Of a stretch of DNA of 54,566 nucleotides, positions 1 through 8,158 are shown piece after piece; the first letter of the stretch is position 1; each line of letters begins with the position of its first letter. Origin of the DNA: Chloroflexota bacterium (GTDB taxonomy: Bacteria; Chloroflexota; Dehalococcoidia; GIF9; UBA5629); the NCBI GenBank assembly GCA_037443085.1, contig JBBIPA010000008.1, positions 1 through 54,566 on the forward strand, given 5' to 3'. The position numbers and the translations under genes were made by a program. The notes beneath the pieces are model-generated. The model was not told the DNA's origin and did not search any database. It saw nothing but the letters and a program-made list of their open reading frames with translations.

Positions 1-102
1 GTTTTCTTATCGCCGAGTTAAAAATCACATGATTTCTGTGATATTCACCCCTGTTCTACTTTGCTCTGCCCCCTTTTCTCTCTCATCTTCCCTTTATCTA
101 CC

Positions 103-237
103 TCAAATGGGCACAGGTATCCCTTCAAGGGCTTCGATAGGAACGAAGGGCTTACCATTTTGTTGAAATATGAGCTTCACCATTCTCTTTAAATTACAGG
201 TGATTGCTGCCATAAGATTCTGAATGCTTGCAAATCG
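103..237 (-). pseudogene. Possible C-terminal remnant of an IS5/IS1182-like DDE transposase
   Basis: The minus frame reads *RFASIQNLMAAITCNLKRMVKL...*, resembling the Q-x-L-x-x-A-x-x-x-NLKR end of IS5/IS1182 transposases. There is an upstream stop and no start context. Confidence 0.3.
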
Positions 238-333
238 TCAGGAATTACCTGGTCATATATGTGGTCGCCGTAAAAGGATAGTTGGCTCGATCTCGGCTTT
301 AGCATTCTGTACACTCCATCATAAACTTGTTGA

Positions 334-642
334 GTGTATAATACCTTATACTATACTTTTCATAAATGCCTTAAGGAGACCTTTTCAGCATTCTCCATAT
401 ATATAGGTAGTACTGTCGGGCTCGGACTAAGGAAGCGTACTGGTGGTCTTGTTAAAGCTAAAGGCAAACACGTAGCAAAAAAACGTGTACAGAGGATAAT
501 AGCTGTATTGGGCAAAGAACTTGAGTTCCGTGTTAAGGTTGAACCAAGTCCAGAAGCAGAAGAAGGTAAACTTCTTGAAGACTATGAAGGAAAGCATTTG
601 GAGCTTCCTCCCTGTAATCACAACCGTCCGAGAAAGCCATAA
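334..642 (+). CDS. Small GIY-YIG-like protein, probably 5'-disrupted
   Basis: Contains IYIGST..GLRKR and a C-terminal E..LL..Y...H.ELPPCN pattern typical of small GIY-YIG superfamily proteins. The N-terminus looks degenerate and the region is AT-rich. Confidence 0.35.
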   Translation: MYNTLYYTFHKCLKETFSAFSIYIGSTVGLGLRKRTGGLVKAKGKHVAKKRVQRIIAVLGKELEFRVKVEPSPEAEEGKLLEDYEGKHLELPPCNHNRPRKP

Positions 643-649
643 TTTCCCT

Positions 650-1915
650 TTACCCTTCCAGTAGCGGAATCACCAGTGGTCCCTCGGGGATGACGGCGAT
701 TTCGGCGTTGTTGCCCAGTATCTGGAAGGCTTTCTCCAGTCCGTCTTCAATGCTGCGTATGGGTGCTATCATCATCCTCCTGACCACACGGTCTTCCAGT
801 TCGGACACCAGGTAAACGTCGTTCTTAAGCTGGGTGCGGGCGAGAGTGTGGTTCATCCACTGGGCGTCGAGCGGCTCTTCGCGCATAATCTTCTGCAATA
901 CTTCTTTGGGGGAACCGACCGAGGCATGCAGTTTCTGGAATGATTCAGGTCCTACGCCGACGCTGCAGGAAGCGGCGCTGACCACAATTCCACCTTCGCG
1001 GGTTATCAGTGAGGCAGTGTCAATTCCTTTACAAGCCTGATACAGGTTCAGGTCGAGCGGTGCTCCGCTATTGGAGGTGATGGTGATATCCACCCTGTGC
1101 CCCACCTTTACCCCGTAGATGTCTCTGGCTATGGCACAGCCTTGCTCATGAGCCTGATACGGGTCACCGGCTACAACATGAGTAATTTCCCTTTTCTGGT
1201 TGAGCAGCACGTTGACGATGAAGTTGAGCTTGGCCATTCTGGCTATTTCCACCATGTCCTCGTGTACCGGATTACCCTTTAGTACTCCCGTCCTGGTGCA
1301 GGGATGCTCGATCATCTTGTAGCTGTGGTTTTTGTGCACTGACCTGGTACCGTAGACGCCGGGCGCAATATGTTTCCTGCCGCCGGAGAAGCCGGCGAAG
1401 GAATGGGGCTCGATGAAGCCGGTGCTGATACGGAAATCTGCTTCAACAACGTTGCGATTGATATCAACGGGCGTGCCCCGGGAGGTGGTGCCGAGGTTGA
1501 CTACCTGGTTAATATCATGATTGATTACCTGGTAGTCGTCCACGATGCTCTTGCCCAGCTTGGCGATAAGCATCGGTTTATCCAGAGGCGGATGCGTTCC
1601 CAGGGCTATGATGATGGTGATATTCTGGCGGGGTACTTTTTGCTCCAGCTCAGCCAGTAGCGGCGGCAGCAGCCTGTCCTCGGGGCAGGGCCTGGTATTG
1701 TCGGTCACTATGACCACCACACGGTCGTTTTTATCAACGCAATCGAGTAGTGGGGGGCATCCTGTCGGCGCTTGCAGGCTCCGGGTTATGGCAGCAGCTT
1801 CGTTCTCGATGCCTCTGGCATCATGGGTGGTCAGGATACAGGTGATATTCCTTGTTGGTACAGTTGCCTTGAGAACAGAGTTCCCATAAGGAAGCTCGAT
1901 TTCAGTGTATTCCAT
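650..1915 (-). CDS. larA: Nickel-pincer (NPN)-dependent lactate/2-hydroxyacid racemase, LarA family
   Basis: 421 aa with LarA motifs DNTRP, LGTH, IEPH-x-FAGFSGGRK, NH, GNPVH and YQACKG. Confidence 0.9.
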   Translation of the reverse strand: MEYTEIELPYGNSVLKATVPTRNITCILTTHDARGIENEAAAITRSLQAPTGCPPLLDCVDKNDRVVVIVTDNTRPCPEDRLLPPLLAELEQKVPRQNITIIIALGTHPPLDKPMLIAKLGKSIVDDYQVINHDINQVVNLGTTSRGTPVDINRNVVEADFRISTGFIEPHSFAGFSGGRKHIAPGVYGTRSVHKNHSYKMIEHPCTRTGVLKGNPVHEDMVEIARMAKLNFIVNVLLNQKREITHVVAGDPYQAHEQGCAIARDIYGVKVGHRVDITITSNSGAPLDLNLYQACKGIDTASLITREGGIVVSAASCSVGVGPESFQKLHASVGSPKEVLQKIMREEPLDAQWMNHTLARTQLKNDVYLVSELEDRVVRRMMIAPIRSIEDGLEKAFQILGNNAEIAVIPEGPLVIPLLEG

Positions 1916-2052
1916 AGTCAGTTAACTCCCGAGCCTTATATTATCACAGATGGCTCACCTCGGGGAGGTGAGTTACGCTAGAGTCAGAATGGCATTGCGC
2001 CTGCCCTGGAGAAAAACAGCCGCGCGTTGAGTTTAGCCAATTTCAGTAATAG

Positions 2053-3210
2053 TTATTTCAACATGCCGAGGAGAATGCCGGCGACCACTGCTGTTCCAAT
2101 GGCTCCTGACATATTGGGTCCCAATGCATGCATCAGCAGGAAGTTTTTAGGATTGGCTCGTTGTCCCTCTCTTTGGGCTACCCTGGCTGCCATCGGTATT
2201 GCCGAGACACCGGCAGCCCCGATGATAGGATTAATTTTTGTTTTTACAAACAGGTTTGTTATTTTAGCTGCCATAATTCCGCCAATGGTGGAGAAAACGA
2301 AGGCGAGGACGGCAAAGATAAAGATTAATAATGTCTTGGGCTGGAAGAAAACCTGGGCTGGCATCATGGAGCCCACGGTGATTCCCAGAAGGATGAGGAG
2401 TATATCATTCAATATGCCTCCAGCCTGAGCCAGCCGGTCGGTAACTCCGCAGACTTTGAGAAGATTACCGAACATCATCATGCCGATGAGCGGCGCGCAT
2501 CCAGGAACCAGTAATGTGGCTATAATGAAAACTATGATGGGGAAGAGTATGCATTCAAGTTTGGATACCTCTCGAATCATAGGTTTCATATAGATGCTGC
2601 GCTCTTTCTTAGTGCATAACAAACGGATGATAGGTGGTTGGATGATGGGCACCAGAGCCATATAGGAATATGCCACCATAGTAATTGGTCCTAGCAAATG
2701 CGGAGCCAGCGCAAGGGTAACAATAACGGTTGGTGGCCCATCAGAACCGCCGATGATACCGACGCATGCCGCTTCGTTTGGAGTGAAAATGCCGGTAAGG
2801 TAGGCGATAAGAAAGACCACAAAAACACCGAGCTGTGCTGCGGCACCGTAAATAAGGGATATAGGTCTGGCTATGGTAGGGCCAAAATCTATCATGGTAC
2901 CGAGCCCCAGAAATATAAACAGTGGAATAAGCTCGGTGCGAAAGCCATAATTGTAAACGAGGTTCAGAACGCCAATCTTACCCTCCGCGATTTCGGCAAT
3001 GCCCCCTTCAGCGGGCAAGCCATCTGGTGTGAAAACCATGAGATGGGCTAGGGGAAGGTTAACCACAAAGATACCAAAGCCGATTGGGACTAGAAGGATG
3101 GGCTCGACCTTCTTGGCAATACCGAGATAAATTAATGCACCACCGATGAGGAGCATAACCATGTTTTGCCAAGAGATCAATCCGTAAGCACTTTCATATA
3201 GACCGAACAT
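2053..3210 (-). CDS. oadB: Na+-translocating decarboxylase beta subunit (OadB/GcdB/MmdB)
   Basis: Hydrophobic 385 aa protein with EPILLVPIGFG, DFGP, GIIGGSDGP, AYSYMALVPIIQPP, GVSAIPMAARV and NFLLMHALGPN. Confidence 0.92.
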   Translation of the reverse strand: MFGLYESAYGLISWQNMVMLLIGGALIYLGIAKKVEPILLVPIGFGIFVVNLPLAHLMVFTPDGLPAEGGIAEIAEGKIGVLNLVYNYGFRTELIPLFIFLGLGTMIDFGPTIARPISLIYGAAAQLGVFVVFLIAYLTGIFTPNEAACVGIIGGSDGPPTVIVTLALAPHLLGPITMVAYSYMALVPIIQPPIIRLLCTKKERSIYMKPMIREVSKLECILFPIIVFIIATLLVPGCAPLIGMMMFGNLLKVCGVTDRLAQAGGILNDILLILLGITVGSMMPAQVFFQPKTLLIFIFAVLAFVFSTIGGIMAAKITNLFVKTKINPIIGAAGVSAIPMAARVAQREGQRANPKNFLLMHALGPNMSGAIGTAVVAGILLGMLK

Positions 3211-3243
3211 CGCAGTTACATCCTCTTAAGTTGTAGTCTGTAT

Positions 3244-3417
3244 TTATTCTCCGTGCCCGTTTTCCTCTGGTTTTTCTTCTGTTATGGCACGTGCGCTCTT
3301 CATAATTATCAACCCAGTTAGCCACACCGCCAGCGACACGATACCGACAACGATGAAAGTCAGCAGATAACCCATGCCAGCAATAGTCTTGACGATATCC
3401 CAATCAATTGTTCCCAT
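3244..3417 (-). CDS. OadG-like small membrane subunit (57 aa, absent from the ORF track)
   Basis: Reads MGTIDWDIVKTIAGMGYLLTFIVVGIVSLAVWLTGLIIMKSARAITEEKPEENGHGE: one TM helix and a charged tail. Has an AAGGAG RBS and lies directly upstream of oadB. Confidence 0.7.
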   Translation of the reverse strand: MGTIDWDIVKTIAGMGYLLTFIVVGIVSLAVWLTGLIIMKSARAITEEKPEENGHGE

Positions 3418-3973
3418 TCGATTTGCTCCTTTCTTTCACCGGGCAGTGTCCTGAATCAGCCCCAGATAGGAGAAGATGGTGATAAGACGCCAGTTGGTTA
3501 CCCGTAGCATTTCGCCCATTGATGAGCAGTTTTCTTTCTAGCTACTTTGGTTTTATCACCAGGAATTGGAGTGAACTCCTGAAACTGGACACTTCGGTTA
3601 TAGAAATATCGCTATAATCTAAGGCAATAAACTATAAGAAACTGTCTAAAAACTCAACCTTTTCTAACTTTAGCTACTACTAAGTCACTTGGCAGTCTCA
3701 GTTTTTCTCGTTCCGTATCTTGCCTCGGATCGGAAGAATACCGAGCTTCTTTGTGCGGAATTATAATCGGTTGGTAATTACCCTGTCAATTCAACAGGTT
3801 CTTTTGCCATGATTTTGCCATAGTTTTTTGATGTTGTGTGCCAGATTGACCGATGTCATCTTGCCGGACTTAATGAGACAGGCGCCGGGGAGATGATTCA
3901 CACTGAACATTCTCTTGCCCCAGATGCCAAGTCGTATTATACTTTAGCAGCTAGATTTTGGAGGTAACAGACG

Positions 3974-4447
3974 ATGTTCGATAAAATCCTGGTTCCGCTG
4001 GATGGTTCCAAATTGGCAGAGTGCATTCTTCCCTATGTGGAGGAGCTGATGAAAGGACAGAAGGTGAAGGAAGTTATCCTGTTTCGGGTTTGTGAGCCGC
4101 CGGAGATTACTGCCGACTATCCTGCCAGCATGCCGTCAAGCTGGGAAAAGCATGTGAAGGATATCATGGATAGCAGCCAGCAGCAGTGTAGCCTCTATCT
4201 GGGTGATGTGGAGAAAAAGCTGAAAAGTCTGGGCGTGAAGATAAAGGTAGAGTCGTGTTTGGGCACTGCCGCTGACGAGATCGTTAAATGCGCTGAGAAG
4301 AACCAGGTTGACCTTATCGTCATGGCCAGCCATGGCCGTTCCGGAGTGAGCAAATGGGCCTTCGGCAGCGTTGCTGAGAAAGTCTTCCGCCGCACTTGCG
4401 TACCCATCCTCATGATCAGGGCTACGGGCTGTGTGCCGGGGTTTTAA
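3974..4447 (+). CDS. Universal stress protein (UspA family)
   Basis: KILVPLDGS ... DLIVMASHGRSG ... GSVAEKV motifs; GGAGG RBS. Confidence 0.93.
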   Translation: MFDKILVPLDGSKLAECILPYVEELMKGQKVKEVILFRVCEPPEITADYPASMPSSWEKHVKDIMDSSQQQCSLYLGDVEKKLKSLGVKIKVESCLGTAADEIVKCAEKNQVDLIVMASHGRSGVSKWAFGSVAEKVFRRTCVPILMIRATGCVPGF

Positions 4448-4564
4448 CTCCAGATAACCCCTGCTGAGGTGGAATTGCTGCCCATGGTCTCCGAAGTGAA
4501 TTTGGCAATAGGGCGCAGAAGTCAGGCATGTCTCTGCATCTAAGCTGAAACCAGGTAATTTACT

Positions 4565-5815
4565 ATGATTGCGAATGTAGCTGGCTTTATTACCCGGGCC
4601 GAAGGAAAGAAGTTTCTCAAGCTCAGCGAAGAAATCGATGAGTCGATTATCACCGAGCAGAACCTGGTGAGGGGTGGGGAAATCTCTCTCTATATACACA
4701 TTCCCTTTTGTAAAACCCTCTGTCCTTTCTGCTGTTTCAACCGGTATTTGTATAAAGAAGACAGGGCGCGGGAGTATTTTAAGTATCTGAGGAGAGAGCT
4801 GGAGCTCTATATCCAGCGGGGCTTCAGTTTCTCTGATTTCTACTTCGGCGGCGGCACGCCTACCCTGCTGATGGATGAGCTGGTTGGTTTTATCGATTAT
4901 CTCAAAAAGAGCTGTGCGGTCAGGGAAATATCCCTGGAAACCACGCCTAACGAGATTACTAATGAAACCATAGCGGCGCTGAAGTCTGCGGGCATTAAGC
5001 GGCTGTCCATAGGGGTGCAGAGCTTCGAGGATGCCAGCTTGAAAGCAATGGGCAGGATGCTCTGCACTGGCGAGGAGGCGAAGGAAAAGCTGCTGCTGGC
5101 TCAGGGGCAGTTCGATACCCTCAATGTGGACTTAATCTTCAATTTCCCTTTCCAGTCCCTGGAGAAGTTCGAGGCTGATGTGGAGACGTTCAAGAGGCTG
5201 GGCATTGACCAGGTGACCTTCTACCCCTTGATGCCGTCACCGCATAAAAAGAGCGCCATGGAGCGAAGGTTCAGCCGCGTGGATAACTCTCAGGAAAAGA
5301 AATACTATGACGTTATCCTCAGGGAAGTCTATGACCAGGGCTACAAAGCCTCCACGGTGTGGTGCTTTTCCCGGGGGAACAGGATGATTGACGAGTATAT
5401 CGTCGACTATGCTGACTATATCGGCATCGGCTCCGGCTCGGTGAGCCTGGTCAAAGGCAGTTTCTACGTGAACGCCTTTTCGCTGGATAGATACGGTGAC
5501 ATGGTGACAAACAACCGCTTCCCCATTGTCCGCTGGCGGAAGCTGTCAGAAGGTGAATACCTGCGCTATTATTTACTCACCAAGCTCTTTGGTATGACAG
5601 TGGACCCCGTCACCTTCCGGCGGGATTTCAACGCCGATATTCACAAGAAGCTATGCCGCGAGCTGGTGGCACTGAAACTGGGTGGTGTGGTAATTGAGGC
5701 GGGGGGCAAGATAAAGGTAACCAGGCGTGGCATGTATACCGTGAGCGCCATGATGCGGGAATTCTTTGCTGCCCTGAATACCCTCAGGGAATATTGCATC
5801 GAGAACCAGATTTAA
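4565..5815 (+). CDS. menK: HemN-like class C radical SAM enzyme, probable menaquinone methyltransferase MenK/MqnK
   Basis: YIHIPFCxxLCPFC, YFGGGTP, QVTFYPLM (matches the QxTxYPLM MenK-type signature as I recall it) and C-terminal MMREFF. Adjacent to menG/menA-like genes. Confidence 0.72.
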   Translation: MIANVAGFITRAEGKKFLKLSEEIDESIITEQNLVRGGEISLYIHIPFCKTLCPFCCFNRYLYKEDRAREYFKYLRRELELYIQRGFSFSDFYFGGGTPTLLMDELVGFIDYLKKSCAVREISLETTPNEITNETIAALKSAGIKRLSIGVQSFEDASLKAMGRMLCTGEEAKEKLLLAQGQFDTLNVDLIFNFPFQSLEKFEADVETFKRLGIDQVTFYPLMPSPHKKSAMERRFSRVDNSQEKKYYDVILREVYDQGYKASTVWCFSRGNRMIDEYIVDYADYIGIGSGSVSLVKGSFYVNAFSLDRYGDMVTNNRFPIVRWRKLSEGEYLRYYLLTKLFGMTVDPVTFRRDFNADIHKKLCRELVALKLGGVVIEAGGKIKVTRRGMYTVSAMMREFFAALNTLREYCIENQI

Positions 5816-5862
5816 TAGCGTGACTTCCGTTTGTTGTCATTTAATCAATGGCACTGGTTGAT

Positions 5863-6591
5863 TTACTTTACTGCTACATGAATCCCCGCCGCCCCCAGGA
5901 AAAGAGGCTGGTAGGAAATCTGGCGAAAGCCCGTTTTCAGCAGCATGTCTTTTACTTCCTCGGGGGTGAAGAACCGTGCCGCTGATTCTGCCAGATAGTG
6001 ATACGCCTGCCTGTTGCCCGAAATCAGGTATCCGATTCTGAAGGCGAACCATCTCAGGTAAAGGTGGAATAACGCTCGGATCAGCCTGGACTCTGGCTGG
6101 CTGGATTCCACGATGACGAATCTGCCGCCGGCTTTAAGCACCCGGAACACCTCGCTCAGATGTCGCTGCATCATCGGATTCTTATAGGTCAGGTTGCGGA
6201 AGGCAAAGGAGATGCCGGCGCAGTCGAAGTATCCCTCGGGGAAGGGAAGCGCGGCAGCATCGCCAGTGATGAAGGAAATCTTTTTGCCTCTGGCGAGTAG
6301 CTCCGCTTTCTGGTTGGCGATATCGAGCATGGGCTGGCTATAGTCAACGCCGGTCAATTCCATATCATACTCGGCCAGCCGGGCTATGGTAATCATCAGA
6401 TCGCCGGTGCCGCAGCAAAGGTCAAGCAATTTCACAGGCTGTGATTTGAGGCATTCCCGGGCTGCCCGGGCACGCCACCTTTTATCCAGTCCCCAGGTGA
6501 TGATGGTGTTGACCAGGTCATAGTGACGTGGCACTGCGGTGAACATGCTGTGGAGGGGCTTGCTCGGAGAGCCGGCCTGGTCAGGGGTCAT
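5863..6591 (-). CDS. menG: UbiE/MenG-family (demethyl)menaquinone methyltransferase
   Basis: MF...YDLVN...GLDKRWR, LDLCCGTGD, DA..LPF, ISFAFRN, RVLKAGG and AYHYL.ES...F. Confidence 0.85.
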   Translation of the reverse strand: MTPDQAGSPSKPLHSMFTAVPRHYDLVNTIITWGLDKRWRARAARECLKSQPVKLLDLCCGTGDLMITIARLAEYDMELTGVDYSQPMLDIANQKAELLARGKKISFITGDAAALPFPEGYFDCAGISFAFRNLTYKNPMMQRHLSEVFRVLKAGGRFVIVESSQPESRLIRALFHLYLRWFAFRIGYLISGNRQAYHYLAESAARFFTPEEVKDMLLKTGFRQISYQPLFLGAAGIHVAVK

Positions 6592-6599
6592 CTTGAGTT

Positions 6600-7493
6600 T
6601 TATCCTATAACCTTGGCCAGGATGTACCCGATTCCCATTAACAGAGGGACTCCCAGTACGGTCAGGACGTTATTAGCCATAGCGGGCATCAACTTAGACA
6701 TATCGTTTGGCTTCAATGCTCCCTGGATGGCTTTTATCGCCAGCGGCAGGCTGAGCAGGGCAATGAGCGAGAACAGCGGCATGATGCCGGCGATAACCCA
6801 GCCGATAATCCACAGGTAGACTATAATGTTCGCTGCGGAGTAAACGATGCCGGCGTTTCTCTTGCCCATGGTGATAGGCAGGGTTTTCCTGTTGCCGGTC
6901 ACGTCAGCGTCGGCATCGGGGAATTCGTTGAGCAGGAGCAGGTTGTGCACCAGGAATCCTGTGGGCACCGAGGCGACCACGGCATGCCAGGTGTAGGTTC
7001 CCGTCTGAGCAAAATAGATGCCCATGACGGGTAAAAAACCCAGTCCCAGCCAGGCAGCCCATTCCGGCCAGTTTGTCTTGAGTATGAAAGGACTGTAGAG
7101 CAGGATGCACAGAGCGGCCACTATCAGCAAAGGCAGCAACAGCCAGCCTTTGACAATCACAAAGTAAATGCCTATGGGGATAGCGATAATAAAGCAGGTC
7201 ATGCCCAGCCAGAACACCTGTCCGGGGGTGAGCAAGCCTTCCCTGAGAATGCCGCTGCCACCGCTGAACGGCGTCCTGTTGGTGACCAGGTCAATGCCGC
7301 TTTTATAGTCGAAATAGTCGTTAAGCGTATTGCAGCTTATATGCGCTAAAACCAGACCGATGGCTGCCAGGATGGCGTGTCCCAGGTGAAAAGAGCCGTC
7401 ATACCAGGCGATGCAGGTGCCCAGGAATGCCAGCACCACGGAGAGCAGTAAGAACTGCGGCCTCGTTTCCAGGAAGAATATCTTGAGTTTCAT
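6600..7493 (-). CDS. menA: UbiA-family prenyltransferase, MenA-like (DHNA polyprenyltransferase)
   Basis: ETRPQFL, NDYFDYKSGID, TPFSGGSG and NEFPD...D...RKTL motifs; multiple TM helices; 8 bp upstream of menG. Confidence 0.78.
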   Translation of the reverse strand: MKLKIFFLETRPQFLLLSVVLAFLGTCIAWYDGSFHLGHAILAAIGLVLAHISCNTLNDYFDYKSGIDLVTNRTPFSGGSGILREGLLTPGQVFWLGMTCFIIAIPIGIYFVIVKGWLLLPLLIVAALCILLYSPFILKTNWPEWAAWLGLGFLPVMGIYFAQTGTYTWHAVVASVPTGFLVHNLLLLNEFPDADADVTGNRKTLPITMGKRNAGIVYSAANIIVYLWIIGWVIAGIMPLFSLIALLSLPLAIKAIQGALKPNDMSKLMPAMANNVLTVLGVPLLMGIGYILAKVIG

Positions 7494-7779
7494 CGCTGCC
7501 CCTTTTTGCTGAGACTATGGGCTATGATTATAGCAGAATTACGAAAAATGGTGAATGTATGTTGCGGTATTTTAGTGCTGCCTTCCCGGAACTGCGGGTT
7601 GAGGATATTGGGCAGTCCAGTTCTCAAAGGTGGTATAATGGCGGGCAGTGATCGAAGTTCGGCTTGTGTCTTCATCTTAGAAACTCCTTGTCATGAAAAA
7701 TGCTATGCCAGCGCGTGAATTATATGTGGGCAAAGGGTGGAAACTCCCTGAAAATAAAAACGCAGTGAAAGGAGAATAG

Positions 7780-8115
7780 ATGGCTCGGAATGGATTGCTC
7801 ATCGATTATCAGTATTGCACGGGCTGCCAGAGTTGTGTGGTAGCCTGCCAGCAGGAGCACAGCTATCCTGATGGGAAATGGGGGATAAAGGTTGATGAGA
7901 AGGTGTTCATGGACCCGGCGAAGCCGGACAGCATCCGCATCGACTATGTGCCCTTCCCTACGGAGTTTTGCGACCTCTGTGCTGCTCGGCGGAAGAGGAA
8001 GGAGCGACCGGCTTGCGTGAAGCACTGCCAGGCCTGGTGCATGTACTCCGGTTCTCTGACAGAGATGGTGAAGCTCATGGAAAAGATGCCCAGGTCGGTG
8101 CTTTATTCCCGTTAG
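7780..8115 (+). CDS. Small 4Fe-4S electron-transfer subunit (short DmsB-like)
   Basis: LLIDYQYCTGCQSCVVAC and CDLC...PACVKHC motifs; AAGGAG RBS; precedes the Mo enzyme. Confidence 0.88.
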   Translation: MARNGLLIDYQYCTGCQSCVVACQQEHSYPDGKWGIKVDEKVFMDPAKPDSIRIDYVPFPTEFCDLCAARRKRKERPACVKHCQAWCMYSGSLTEMVKLMEKMPRSVLYSR

Positions 8116-8158
8116 TATCAGGGCATGACAATCTTATTTAGTTGAAAGGAGTAAGGAA

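Noticed and set aside
3436-3519. 27 aa minus-strand ORF upstream of oadG
   Set aside because: No convincing RBS or motif; cannot be supported.
4448-4564. Riboswitch upstream of the menK-like gene, and Moco/W riboswitches before the Mo enzyme or aor
   Set aside because: No recognisable conserved riboswitch core by eye; this would need Infernal.
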